DNA of 63,688 nucleotides, counting the filler, from Globobulimina sp. (taxonomy: Eukaryota), in NCBI GenBank assembly GCA_003354225.1. It is 19 parts of 19 records of this genome, joined end to end, with 100 filler letters (N's around TTAATTAATTAA, not from the genome) between each part and the next. Parts side by side here need not be neighbours in the genome. Positions count along the whole stretch, not along the records: positions 20,158 to 23,416 come from PIVH01003278.1; positions 23,517 to 26,774 come from PIVH01003279.1; positions 26,875 to 30,132 come from PIVH01003280.1; positions 30,233 to 33,489 come from PIVH01003281.1; positions 33,590 to 36,846 come from PIVH01003282.1; 14 more parts are not named here. One strand, 5' to 3'. Shown here one piece after another: positions 23,283-35,491 of the stretch (position 1 is the stretch's first letter; each line of letters opens with the position of its first letter). Made by a program: the position numbers and the translations under genes. A model generated the notes under the pieces. That model did not search any database. It saw only the letters and a program-made list of their open reading frames with translations, and was not told where the DNA came from.

Positions 23283-23516
23283 TTTTTTAGTTTGTTTTTT
23301 TTGAGTTGTTGTGGTTTTATTTTAACTTTTTGTGGATCGATATTTTTAAATTTTTTTAGCTAGGCTAGCTTTCTATTTTTGGGATCTTGCGAAGAGCTCA
23401 CATTTTAAAGTAATATNNNNNNNNNNNNNNNNNNNNNNNNNNNNNNNNNNNNNNNNNNNNTTAATTAATTAANNNNNNNNNNNNNNNNNNNNNNNNNNNN
23501 NNNNNNNNNNNNNNNN

Positions 23517-23824
23517 TCGTAGTTAGCAGAAGTGTTCTCGAAAAGCACATCCGCTTTGCATTTTTGAATAAAATCAAAAGAGTCTTCGACCAATTCAGAT
23601 GTGAGCAGAGAGAGCGATTGAGACGCCCGTACGAGTTCCAACGCGCCAAATAGATCAATGCCATTTTGGTTGACTAATGAGCCGTGCGAACTCGTTGCGA
23701 TGCCCGTAACGGAAAAGGTGATGTCGTGTTTTTCTTTAAGTTCAGTTTTCTTACGGATGAGCAATTTTGCGAGCGCTCGCCCTACATTGCCAAAGCCAAG
23801 AAATGCTAGTTTGTAGTGTGCCAT
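23517..23824 (-). CDS. hom: Bacterial homoserine dehydrogenase, N-terminal NAD-binding part (partial)
   Basis: LAFLGFGNVGRAL...VTGIAT..HG...GIDL...ADVLFENT. GGAGA Shine-Dalgarno 5 nt before the ATG. GC is higher than in the flanks. Confidence 0.85.
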
Positions 23825-23829
23825 GATTT

Positions 23830-23868
23830 TCTCCAATTTTTCGGATTGTTTTGCGAGCTAGTATACCA
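23830..23868 (-). promoter_or_regulatory. Bacterial-type extended -10 (TGGTATACT, 23860-23868) and RBS (GGAGA, 23830-23834) upstream of hom
   Basis: Sequence motifs and their spacing only. Confidence 0.45.
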
Positions 23869-23889
23869 GCCATGCTATAATTTTTGCTG

Positions 23890-26774
23890 AGATACGACAT
23901 GTGGATCGAGTGCGTATTATCAATGCAGGTAATGATAGCAATAAAAATATAACATCTGTTTATGATATTAATTATATACATTGCATTGATAAATAAATAA
24001 AAAAATATATACTAAACTGATGATGGACGCCAATGCAATGCGGACAATACAATTCCGTATGTCCCAATTATACTGCAATAGCAAATGCAATGCATCACTT
24101 TTTTGCATGATCAGCGATTCCCTACCTTTATATTGTTCTAATTTGGTTTCGACATTAAATTTTTTCCCTTTGATCACAGCATTTAATGGCGACCATGCCA
24201 GCAACAATACGCATAACAGCAAGAACCATGAATACCAAATTAAATCTAAGGCGGCGTAGCCTATATTCTTCAAACAGCCCAACCATAACTTATCATGGGT
24301 CAATATATTGCCGTATTTATATTTAAACGCTGTTTGGCAATCAAAACAAGGAAATTCGACCAATAAATATAGTAATTTCAAATATGATGCAGTTCGGGTT
24401 GGAATTAGTACTGACGGCAATGCCAACGTTAAACAAACAACATCACCGAAGGCATATCCGCATTCTTTTAATATCTGATATCGCAGTCGTTTGTTATATC
24501 GCAACATTCTATATTCTTCGACTTCATTTGCTTTAATCACAAACAAATCATAATAAATTGATGTTACTTTCAAATCTTGTGCTTCAGCTTGTTTCTCCTC
24601 ATCAGGCTGCGGTGCGATGTTTGCGTTTGGTTTTTTGGGCCAACAGCACGGCATAGTACTCATGCATTGATATACGAATTTACTCCAAATATAGATCATG
24701 GCAGACATTCTTGTTGGTGCTGCAGTACATATTATACCCAGAGGAATGATGATTAAATCCAATAATCCATACAATACATTCATTATTAATAAGTAATATA
24801 TGTTACTAAATCTGTTCTCTTTCTCCCACGAATGATACTCATCGTTTTTATAATCTGTAAAATGCGAATAAATAATCCAAAACCAGGCAAATGAGCGAGT
24901 TGGCATCAGTATGGATGGTAAAGTCATAATGACCATAATCCAATCTGTAACGGTTAATAATGCATTTTTTAATAGCGCTTTGCGAAAGGACCAATAGGTC
25001 GCTTCATATAATAACATGTGAATTGTGACCGATTTATGCAGGGTCTTTTCTGCAATATCTTCTCCAACGGATTTATATTTATTGCCGTCATCCTTTTCCT
25101 CTTCTTCCCGCACAGGTCTTTGGGCTAACTCCTCTGTCTTCGGTTTGTATGTTTCTTTGTCGGTCTTCCTCATTTTTCCGTATTGATTCCAGGAATGATA
25201 ACACCGAATTAATCCAATATTGGTAAATATAAATATTATGATAAAAAAAATATCAACAAAAGATAATAAAATGTTCTTTAATATAGCAAGATATATAATT
25301 CCTCGTTGTCTCACAAAGGATTTATGTAAATAGCCATGCGTTGTTATCAATGATTTATATAACCTCCAGACACTTGGCAGCCGTAGAAATCCTAAAATGT
25401 TTAAAATAGCAAACAATAAATTTGCAAAGCCCCAAAATCCTAATTTTAATATTACCCATCTTAGGTTCCAATTGTATTGAAGTAAACAAACTGCATATTC
25501 ATTGGCGTCATTTTGATCGGGTTTCATATTTTTCAGTCTATTTTCTACATTGTATTTATATGTCTTTTTACTGCAATATAAAGATATCGGTGAGGTAATA
25601 ATGGATGGTATTAATCCAAATATTAAACAAAATATATCCAATATAGCAAAGCCTAAATTCTTTGCACAACATATCCAAATATGATGATGTTTTAAATTGC
25701 CATATTTGTTTACAAAGGCAACGGAATAATTAAACATTGGCAAATCAATTAAATACCGTACACATTTCAAATAGGCGACGCTTCGCGATGGCATTAATAA
25801 TGAGGGTAAGCCTATAATTAATGCAACAATGTCGCCAATGCCATAATATAATTGCTTTAATATACAAAATCTAAATTCTTTGTTATATCGCATTACTGCG
25901 TAGTTTTCTAATTTATAGGTCTTTGGTTGCAATACAAAAATATTATAATATTCGGAATGCACAACATTACCATCTGCAACTTCCTTTTCTTGTGCCCTAT
26001 CCCAACAACATGGCAATGTCGACACACATTGAACAATGAATTTTATCCATAAATACAACATTGTGGGTAATCGCGTCGGTAATATAATGCAAAACATACC
26101 GAGAGGAATTATCACCAAATCGCATGCCGCATACCATAAGTTTGTAAATAACGGAGCATATAATGATTTATCCGCTGTTGTATGATATATATCTTTTTTA
26201 TATCTGTCTCTTCCGCCATATAATATGTACCAAAATGCAAAGAAACGGGTTGGAATTATAATGGCAGGGATTGTCAATAAAAGAGTGCACCAATCTGTTG
26301 ATGAGAAATAAATATATATGCTTTACAAATAAATATACAGTGTACATAGCATACCAATTATAGACCACAATAGTTCACGAATGATAGCAATACGAAATTG
26401 GACATCAAAGCGTAGAATGTATTGTATATTTACATTCTCGATGTCATAGTGTTGCTGATTATTATTTTTATTAGCATTTGCATGGAGTGATGGTGCCGTG
26501 GGCTGTAACTGTACCTTACAAAATATTTTCGAAAATCGAAAATCAAGATCGAATCAAAAATTATAAAAGACAAAAATAATTTATATTGTACCTCTGGTTG
26601 TTGTGGAGCATGGCCATCCTGCCCAGTATCTGATTTATTCCGTGCTATACCATATTTTCTTTTGTCTGCTTTCAACATTTCTATCCACGTTTTTGTAATG
26701 TGATACAAACGAATTAATAAAACACAATCCATGATAAATATCGGAATACAAAAGAAATCAACAAATTGATATAC
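23890..26774 (-). CDS. Large multi-pass membrane protein with internal repeats; intron-containing, partial at both ends
   Basis: DLVIIPLGMFCIILPTRLPTMLYLWIKFIVQCVSTLPCCW recurs as DLIIIPLGIICTAAPTRMSAMIYIWSKFVYQCMSTMPCCW. Recurrent P(T/S)R motif after the helices. Confidence 0.75.
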
Positions 26775-26916
26775 NNNNNNNNNNNNNNNNNNNNNNNNNN
26801 NNNNNNNNNNNNNNNNNNTTAATTAATTAANNNNNNNNNNNNNNNNNNNNNNNNNNNNNNNNNNNNNNNNNNNNCACTCAATATTTTGTTAACTTATACT
26901 TTAATAATACATAGCG

Positions 26917-29900
26917 ATGTTGCAACAACATAGACGAGGCATGCGACGAACTAAACCAATTTGTTGGCTGAATAGTAGTGCACAACTTTTCAGCGTAATT
27001 TCTTGGCCAAGTGCTTTTCAGGAATATGAAAGAAAAGAAAGTGATGTATTAGCAACAACATTCACTTTGATCCAAAAATTACAGGCTCAAACGTCTCAGC
27101 CAATTCCAGCTACGCAATGTAATTATGCAGCTACGCGGTTCATCCAATACGTAAATTATCAAAAATCAAAAGTTGCCACCACTGATGTAACTATACCTGA
27201 TCCATTATGGGATATTAATCTTGAACAAGATGCTAACGCGTGTATTGGCTATTTTTTTAACATGATCGTTGATTTAAACAATGATAGTGTCGTACCAGAT
27301 GCGATGACTATTACCACAAAGAATTATTCCACTATTGATGACATGCAACGCTTTGTTAGAAATAATTTTGCGTTTGCCACAAGCGACTGGATAAATTGTA
27401 AAAATAAAAAAGACGGTCATATTGGCTTTACAGAACCACGTTTTATGTTTGATTTAGCTTTGCCTGCTAACGGGCAAAGCACATCATTACAAAAATTGAT
27501 TGATGACTATTTAAAACCAGAGCCAGTTACATTATTATGTTGCGAGCACTGCCACAAAAAACATGATGACACTAAGAAAACACAATTTACGCAATTATCA
27601 GATAAATATTTAATGATTAATTTAAAACGCTTTGCAGGTCGAGAAGATGTCAGGAAACAAAATAATTTTGTCGAGTGTACAAAACCTGTTGTTTTAAATT
27701 GTAATAATCGATATACTGCGTATAAAGTTGTAGCTGCTGTTAACCATCATGGCTCAACAATATATTGTGGTCATTATTCAGCTGATATAGCAGTAAACAA
27801 TGGTGTTGAAAACTGCAATGATGCAACAATTAAACAAAAAACAAAATTGAATTCCAAAGAATGTTATATTCTTTTATTAGAAAAATTAAATAATCAACAA
27901 GGTTCTGCAGCTATATCTGATTACGAATCGAATTTAAAACATTGTGGCAACTCAACTTTATCACTAAACAAAAACTACAAAAACACAAACAATAAACTTA
28001 AATCAGCAAAAAATCCCAAACCACCAAAAACAACAAAATCTTCAACCCCTCACAAAACTCCCAAATGTCCAACACCATCCAAATCTCCAAATCCATCCAA
28101 ATCTCCAACACAATCCAAATCTCCAACACAATCCAAATCTCCAACACCATCCAAATCTCGAACACCATCCAAATCTCCAAAACCATCCAAATCTGCAAAA
28201 CCCTCTAATAAACCTAAATCAACAGAAAAAAATACCAAACCACCAAAAACTCCAAAACAAACAAAAAATTCAATTGATACAAAAGAATTTGATGATGATG
28301 AGGATTTTGATATGCTGTTCCATAGAGCGCCTTCCAAGAAACCTAAATCAACACAAAAAACTGCAAAAAAAGCAACACACAAAAAAGTCAAAAGAAATCA
28401 AACATTTACACCTCAGCAAATTATTATTTATCGAAAAATTGCCATACAAAATAATATTACTAAAGCTTATAGCGAACAAGAATTAAATTATAAAACATTA
28501 ACTGATCTTCTAGGCATATCTAATAAATGGGAAATTCGGGTAAAATCCAGTAAAAAAAACAGTTTGATTCGACAAATATATAATCATCGTCGCAATCAAC
28601 CTTGGTTTATGGCATATATTCAAAAACGTTTCAAACCCAAACCACCACTAACTAAGAAACGTAGAGTTACTTCATTTGTTTTTCCAAAAGCAGGAAAAAC
28701 AACAAATGCACAAAAAACCGCAAAACCTCAAAATGACAACCCCAAACGGGCCATACAAGTTAGCACAAACACCAATATTGAACCTCCAAGTAAAAAAATA
28801 AAATTGGATTTTGAATTAATGCAAAAAACAAAATTAAAAAATAAAACTACGAATGGAATAACTAAAACCTTTCTACGGAAATTATTCCAAAAACAAAGAG
28901 AAAAAAAACAAAAATTATCAATAGCTGAATTTTGGTCCATTCATCAGTCGCAAAAAACACAAATTAAAGCAAAACATTTTAAAGAATGGAAAAAACAAGG
29001 AATCGTTGTCAAATTTAATGGCTTACATTTTGAGAAAAAAATATGGAATGAAAAACCAAAAAGTGTCAATGATAACACATCAACTTCCTTAAAACGTAAA
29101 ATATCAAAACAAAAATATAATGCGGGCAAAAAAGGTAAAGCAAGAAAACAAAAATATAATGCGAGCAAAAAAGGTAACGAAGCAAAACAAAAATATAATG
29201 CAAGCAAAAAAGGTAACGACGCAAAACAAAAATATAATGCGAGCAAAAAAGGTAACGATGCAATACAAAAATATAATGCGAGCAAAAAAGGCAAAGAAAG
29301 AAAACAAAAATATGATGCGAGCAATAAGGGCAAAGACAGAACACAAAAATATAATGCGACCAAAAAAGGCAAAGCCAGAAAAAAAAAATATCAGAAAACA
29401 AAAAACATACAATCGATAAAAGAGTTTATAAATAACACATTGCCTGAACAAGACAAACAAATATATTTGAATTGCCAACAGAAATTAGTTAAATTTGGTA
29501 CAAAAGATATAATTAATATGACTGTTAATCAATTGCAGACTGTATTTGATGTACAACCTGAGGACGCACATGAAATTAAAAAAACGTTAATACGAAAAAT
29601 AATTAAACATCATCAAAAAATAAATGCTTTTGAATTAGTATCACAAAATGATACAGAAAGAAAAGAAATACAAGAAATCATAGTTGCTGCTATGCTAGAG
29701 TCAAAATTAATTGATTGTACTCAGTTAAATCAAACAATTGGGCTTAAATTACAAATATTAAACGAAGATTTTGGTAAACTGATCGATAAAAAGCGATTGG
29801 ATGAATTTGAGTTATTAAATCTTTCAATTTATGAACTACAAAATGTTTTACAATTAAAAGAGCAAAAAGCCAAACAATTAACTGTTGTTTTCGGTTCAGA

Positions 29901-30132
29901 ATCGATTAAAATGCAACTGTTATTTCTTATAAAACTAAATTATAAAAAAATTATAACGCTTGCACAACTCCACAAAATTAAAGACGAAATATCAGAATAT
30001 AAATTACGCGGAAAAAAAATAAAAGATTTATTACAAACAATTAATGATTTTGGAATCGAACAGCCTTTAACAAAAAGAGAAGAGACATTTGTAGCCGAAG
30101 AACGGATTTTCTTTCAGCATGATCACAAGAGA
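26917..30132 (+). CDS. Ubiquitin-specific protease (C19) domain followed by a long Lys-rich repeat region; intronless, 3' partial
   Basis: Cys box ICWLNSSAQL, EQDA, INLKRF, His box VNHHGSTIYCGHY...CNDATI, CYILLLEK. Confidence 0.8.
28054..28200 (+). repeat. 18-bp tandem repeat (~8 copies) encoding (T/N/K)(P/Q)SKSP
   Basis: acaccatccaaatctcca-type units read directly. Confidence 0.9.
29107..29391 (+). repeat. 39-bp tandem repeat (7 copies plus a partial) encoding KQKYNASKKGxxx
   Basis: aaacaaaaatataatgcgagcaaaaaaggt... units read directly. Confidence 0.92.
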
Positions 30133-30232
30133 NNNNNNNNNNNNNNNNNNNNNNNNNNNNNNNNNNNNNNNNNNNNTTAATTAATTAANNNNNNNNNNNN
30201 NNNNNNNNNNNNNNNNNNNNNNNNNNNNNNNN

Positions 30233-30672
30233 GTGTTGAAATATTTAATTTTAATGAAAATGAATGGGAATTGGGATATATTAAAAATATTAAACATAAG
30301 AGATATCGGCAAGGTATATTGTACGATGTATCGGGCGATAAAATATATATTTCTGGGGGTAAGGAAGCAATGCATTGTACGGAATGGTACGATTCTAATA
30401 AAAATAAATGGTTTGATGATATACCGGAATATAAATATAAAATCGATCATTATCCAGTTTTATGGAAAGAAAAGCAAAATATATTGTATGTTGCATCGGA
30501 ATCAGCAAATTGTGTGCAATGTATCGATTTAAGAGAAAACAAAAAATGGAATGTTATTTATGGAAGAAAAAATAAACAAAGTGATACAAATCTGCAAACA
30601 TTGACAAAACAGTTTGTTATTCAACATAAATTTAATAGAAAAAAAGGCGATTATACACGATTATTGTTGTAA
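30233..30672 (+). CDS. C-terminal part of a Kelch-repeat protein, 5' partial
   Basis: KIYISGG...TEWYDSNKNKW, CIDLRENKKW. Confidence 0.7.
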
Positions 30673-30765
30673 CAACTTTCATCATTACTTTTTTTATGCA
30701 AAAATATGCATTACGAATTGAGAGAAAAGATGTGGAAACAAAACAAAATTGCAATTACATGTCTA

Positions 30766-31934
30766 TCATGCACCACAAATTGGCTGCACCAATGGTTGAA
30801 GAGGAGTTCCACCGCCTCCAATATTATTTGCATTATTATTTGTTACGATTTTAAGCTCCTTAAATATGGCCAATAAGTCATTATAAAAAGCTTGTCCAGG
30901 TTTTGCATCAAATGAATATCCATATTTATTTTGGAAGTCCTCCAAAACTCCATATTCTATGCACATTGTACCTCTGTTGGCTGCAGTATCATCAACAAGA
31001 TAACCCCGGCCCATAATTCTGTAATGAAAAAAAAATCTTTTTCCCAGCAATGGTTGCTAAATTTATTTGAATGTCTGAGGGAACCGCTAACAAAGCACCA
31101 GGCTTAAAATAAACATTGCTTCCGCCATAGCCATTGCCTCCATCACTTTTCATTGCAGGCCAGACATAGCTCTCCGCATTGTTACTGGTATGATAATAAT
31201 AATCTGCACCCTGAAATTCTAATTTTAATGCGTGTTTAATGGAATTAATTTCATCGTTTCCAGTTAACTCACCTTTTCGGATTGCACCACCAATAATATC
31301 AGAGAGCCACGCTTTTATTACACCCAAATTGCCATTAAATAGACCACAAAGACATCTTCTTAAACCTGAGCCACCATGACAACCAAATATACCATCTTTT
31401 AAAATAGAAACATTTTTATATTTGAAACACCAGTCCAAGGCCAAGATAGGCGCAGAAGAGCTGCAATGATAAATTGGCTGCATTTGGAATAATGTCACAT
31501 TATCTGGCTGTAAAATAGCAGCTGCATTGTTATTGCCAAAGTCTGTAATTTGAGTATTTGCTGGAAAACGAATGTCGTCCATTTGATTGCCAGTAATTTT
31601 ACAATATGAATCATTGTTATGTGGCTGTCCCCAATGGCCCTGATTATACCATTTGAACATTGGTGATTGGCTGCTTACCATGTACATAAAATCCATGTCA
31701 CCAAAGAAATTGTATGGTAATGAATGTCGAGATGATTTTTCATCAAATATACCACTATCTGCGAATTTAGCATTTGATCCTATGGGCACTAATACAAGTG
31801 GTGTATAATTACGTGCGGAAAAACATATATTATATATATCTGCTCACATAACTATTCCAGATGGAAGTGCTCGCAAAGGGCCATGCAAAACGATTCCTAC
31901 ACTGTGATTGACATCCAATTGAATAAAAAATCAT
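30766..31934 (-). pseudogene. Bacterial-family uncharacterised protein gene with spliceosomal intron 31789-31852 and a frameshift near 31005-31012
   Basis: Splicing gives RNRFAWPFASTSIWNMPIGSNA. Later motifs: QMQP, HGGSGL, IGGAIRKGEL, IKHALK, WPA..SDG, GALLAVP, LQNYG, then GYLVDDTA in a shifted frame. Confidence 0.65.
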
Positions 31935-32087
31935 TTTATTACATTGTACACTCTTTTGTTGTCAAAAACTTTTTGATCATGTCACATAATCTTTGAATCT
32001 TAATGATGTTTTTGTAGAATGTTTGTTCAGCTATATCTCCAAACAATTTATCATTCAAACACACGCACAGTAAAAAAAACATCAATT

Positions 32088-33480
32088 TTATTGCATTCCA
32101 GATTTAAACGTTGTAACCAATGTAATGACATTTTTTCTGCATATTGGACATTTAGTTGTATGTTGAAAACTTTTCTGACCACAACTATTACAATAAACCA
32201 TATGTCCACAAGGAACACACACTGTATTTATCTCATTTATTGCACAAACACAGCATATTTGTTTTGATCCATTGCCACCATATTTATTTAATAAATCCTT
32301 TGTTGCATTCATTATTAATTTCCTCTTTGAACTATCATCAATTCCCGCCAATATTAAAAAAGCATCGCTGATTTCCGATAAAGTGGATCCATTAATTCCC
32401 ACCAATTTAAATTTATTAATTATCTCCGCACTGAAATGTATTGTAGGCTTAGTTACATACTTTAAATATGAAATAAAATCATTCAATGTCCATATTTGAT
32501 ATATTTGTAATAATTCATCCTCTTTCTTATCATATAAATCATGAATGGATTGCAAAATATTTGAACATTCTTTACCCCATTTTTTCAATGTATCAGCTAC
32601 AATAATATCAAGTTCATATACTTGTTCTGTCACAAACAAATAATGTTATTTCAGAAACACAAAAAGTTATTTACAAATTACAATTGCTACAAAAACAGAA
32701 AATAAAACGATAACTCTCAAAAGCAACCAATCTTTTCACATCATTTACATCGACACGTTGATCATTATAATTACTCTGTACATCGTCCTCTTGTTTACCA
32801 TCATTATTGTTATTAACAATCAGGTCACATTTCTTCTTTGCTGCCACAATAAACTTATTCAATGAACTAATTTCCTTCTCATATAACTCAGTGGCTTCAA
32901 TCACCACTTTGTGAATGGCATATATTGCAACCGGTTCTTTATTATCAGAAAGCTGCACTTTTGTTACATAATTTAGAAACAAATCATTTAATTTGTTTCG
33001 ATATTTTCCTAATTGTTGAAATGTTTTACAATTTTTAATTTTTGAAAATAAAGTATGATTTCTTGCTTCTTGAATTAACTGCAATGCCTCATTTACAACC
33101 AACTCAATGTTCAGTAATTTGTAATCAATGCACAAAACTGATTCATGCAATGGCAATCTCTCATAATCCAATTGCAGCGACAAAAAAGATCCACTTTCGA
33201 GCACATAGCTCTCTAATTTAGGGATGCGATGTAACGGCGTATTATACCACTCTGAGTCTATAAATCTTTGACTTTCCTTCAAAACAACATACCATTTAAT
33301 TACACGCGAAAAATGCAAAAGTTTTAAGTCTGTGATGATTGAATTAATGGTTGTTTTGGGAGTTAGCTGAATTGGATACCATTCATCCACTTCATTGCGA
33401 TCAGCTTTTAACGCTAAAATATGCTTCAAATGTAATCTTATGCTTTGCACAGAGTTCGCTCCGCGTAGTACGATATGTAT
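32088..33480 (-). CDS. SAM-like + C-terminal RING-HC protein (putative E3 ligase); intron near 32635-32710
   Basis: WTLNDFISYL...FKLVGINGSTL...GIDDSSKRKLI (SAM-like). CCVCAINEINTVCVPCGHMVYCNSC...CPICR (RING). Confidence 0.8.
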
Positions 33481-33589
33481 TGTGCTCCCNNNNNNNNNNN
33501 NNNNNNNNNNNNNNNNNNNNNNNNNNNNNNNNNTTAATTAATTAANNNNNNNNNNNNNNNNNNNNNNNNNNNNNNNNNNNNNNNNNNNN

Positions 33590-34486
33590 CAATTTGACAG
33601 TTTACATAAAGAAATAAATTCATTGAAATCAATAATAAATCAACAAAATACATTAACGAAAAATAGCAATAATAATAATAAACATATATCAGATTCATTA
33701 TTAACAAAACACTTCAATAAAATCACAAAATTATTGAAAAAAAATGACAAAAAAATGCATAAAACACCTTTATCAAAAATGAATGATAATGAATTAAATG
33801 AAATATTTAATAAAATAAAGAAACAATGTAAAGAATTAAAATCCGATAAAAAAACATTTGAAACACAAGTAAATAAATTACAATCGCCAAGAAATGGGCG
33901 TAAACGAACAAATTCAACAAAACGAAAAAAAAATGACAGTATTTCCCGCTCAATATCACCATCTGATCCTATCACGAGATATGATAATTTATTCGGAGTT
34001 GAAACTGAAATAACACCGAAAACAGCGCCAGTTACAATGGATCAAATCGTGGCATTACCAATTCCTCCAAAAACTAAACCAAATATTAAAAGAGAAACAA
34101 ATGTTATTGCTGCGACATTGGACAATGTTGAAGTTGCTGTAACAAATACAAAAACAATTAAAAACACGCATAAATCCGATATATTAAAAAACACTGCAAA
34201 AAAGAAGAAGTATACAAAAAAGAAAACAGTGAAAGGCCACAATAATAAAAAACATCATCGCAAAAAACAACAGCAATTCAGATCAAAAAATAAAAGGAAT
34301 CATAAAAATAATAATAAAGAAAACATGAAAAGTAGAGTGCGTAGAGAGAATAGAGAGAAATTGCCTGTTTTAAGTTATATACATGATATGGATTGGTATC
34401 AAATAATTAAATCAGACTCAAGCGAGGATGATACAAATATGACCAGTGAAGATGTTGAGAAATTGGATATGTTGGATTCCATTTAA
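33590..34486 (+). CDS. C-terminal part of a coiled-coil, basic low-complexity protein
   Basis: Long open frame from the contig start. Confidence 0.55.
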   Translation, partial: QFDSLHKEINSLKSIINQQNTLTKNSNNNNKHISDSLLTKHFNKITKLLKKNDKKMHKTPLSKMNDNELNEIFNKIKKQCKELKSDKKTFETQVNKLQSPRNGRKRTNSTKRKKNDSISRSISPSDPITRYDNLFGVETEITPKTAPVTMDQIVALPIPPKTKPNIKRETNVIAATLDNVEVAVTNTKTIKNTHKSDILKNTAKKKKYTKKKTVKGHNNKKHHRKKQQQFRSKNKRNHKNNNKENMKSRVRRENREKLPVLSYIHDMDWYQIIKSDSSEDDTNMTSEDVEKLDMLDSI

Positions 34487-34837
34487 AAACACTTGGATTT
34501 AAACCAAAGATATATTAAATTGTTTTGACATTATGTTCATTGTTTATAAACTGGACGTAATGTATAATTATAAGTATTAAATTCAATTTAATTTCGTCAG
34601 GTTTAACACTAAACACTTTCCGATTAAATACTAAATATTAAATTTTATTATTTTAAACATCACACAAAAACAAACTGTAAAATGTAAATCAGTCAGCGGT
34701 GAGAATAAAAGTAGACACAATTCACACAAATCCTAAAATTGAAACATTAATTAAACAAAATTCCGCCAAAAAAACACCAATTTTATTTAATGACATAAAA
34801 ATTAAACATCACATAGATACAGAAAAGCATTGTGATT

Positions 34838-35437
34838 TCAAGTTTGATCATTTCTATATGCTGTCGTCACACAATCTGTTTGCATTCCTTTTGTGTTTTG
34901 TTTTTTTTGATTGTTTGAAATTGTATAATGTGATTCGTTGTGCTTCTGCTTCATTTGTGGCATAACAGTGGCTTTTTCTTTGTAAAGGTGATTTTTTATG
35001 GGTGTTGCAATTTGATTGAATCTCTGTTTCTTTGTAATCGGACATTCCAATATTTCACTCCATAGTGATACTGTATTAAATTGTGGTTGTTTTTTGTTAT
35101 TTGTTTTGTGTTTTCCATTGAAATCAATGTTTTTGGTTAAAATTATAATGGACACAATCACATTTTGCCAATTATTGGACAAGAATCCAGATTCAACACC
35201 AATCCAAATGGATGCATTTGGACTTTGTTTCTGTGCAGTTTGTGCTCTGTACAATGATCCTTTATATGTTTCATGTTTTCCAACAGGATATTCAGAAACT
35301 GATGATTGAAATTGATTTAGTCCAAATACTGTGTATTGTTCTTCATCATAACAACTTGCTATAGCATTGATTTTGAGTTTATTAGTGGTGCCGACAACAA
35401 TGAGTTGTTTTAAAAGTTTCCTTTCTTCTGCCATCAT
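34838..35437 (-). CDS. Inosine/xanthosine triphosphatase-like protein (YjjX / NTPase_I-T family), divergent C-terminus
   Basis: VVGTTNKLKINA, SSVSEYPVG..ETYKGSLYRA, IWIGVESG. Confidence 0.7.
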   Translation of the reverse strand: MMAEERKLLKQLIVVGTTNKLKINAIASCYDEEQYTVFGLNQFQSSVSEYPVGKHETYKGSLYRAQTAQKQSPNASIWIGVESGFLSNNWQNVIVSIIILTKNIDFNGKHKTNNKKQPQFNTVSLWSEILECPITKKQRFNQIATPIKNHLYKEKATVMPQMKQKHNESHYTISNNQKKQNTKGMQTDCVTTAYRNDQT

Positions 35438-35491
35438 CAAAAACGTATTTTTAACTACGTTTTTTTTTAGATTTTTAATTATTTGGAGTTG

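Noticed and set aside
29107-29391. 39-bp repeats as a CRISPR array
   Set aside because: The units are contiguous and in-frame with no unique spacers, and there are no cas genes.
28944-29478. Hydrophobic repeat ORFs on the minus strand and an alternative plus frame over the 39-bp repeat
   Set aside because: These are shadow frames of the Lys-rich tandem repeat in the USP gene.
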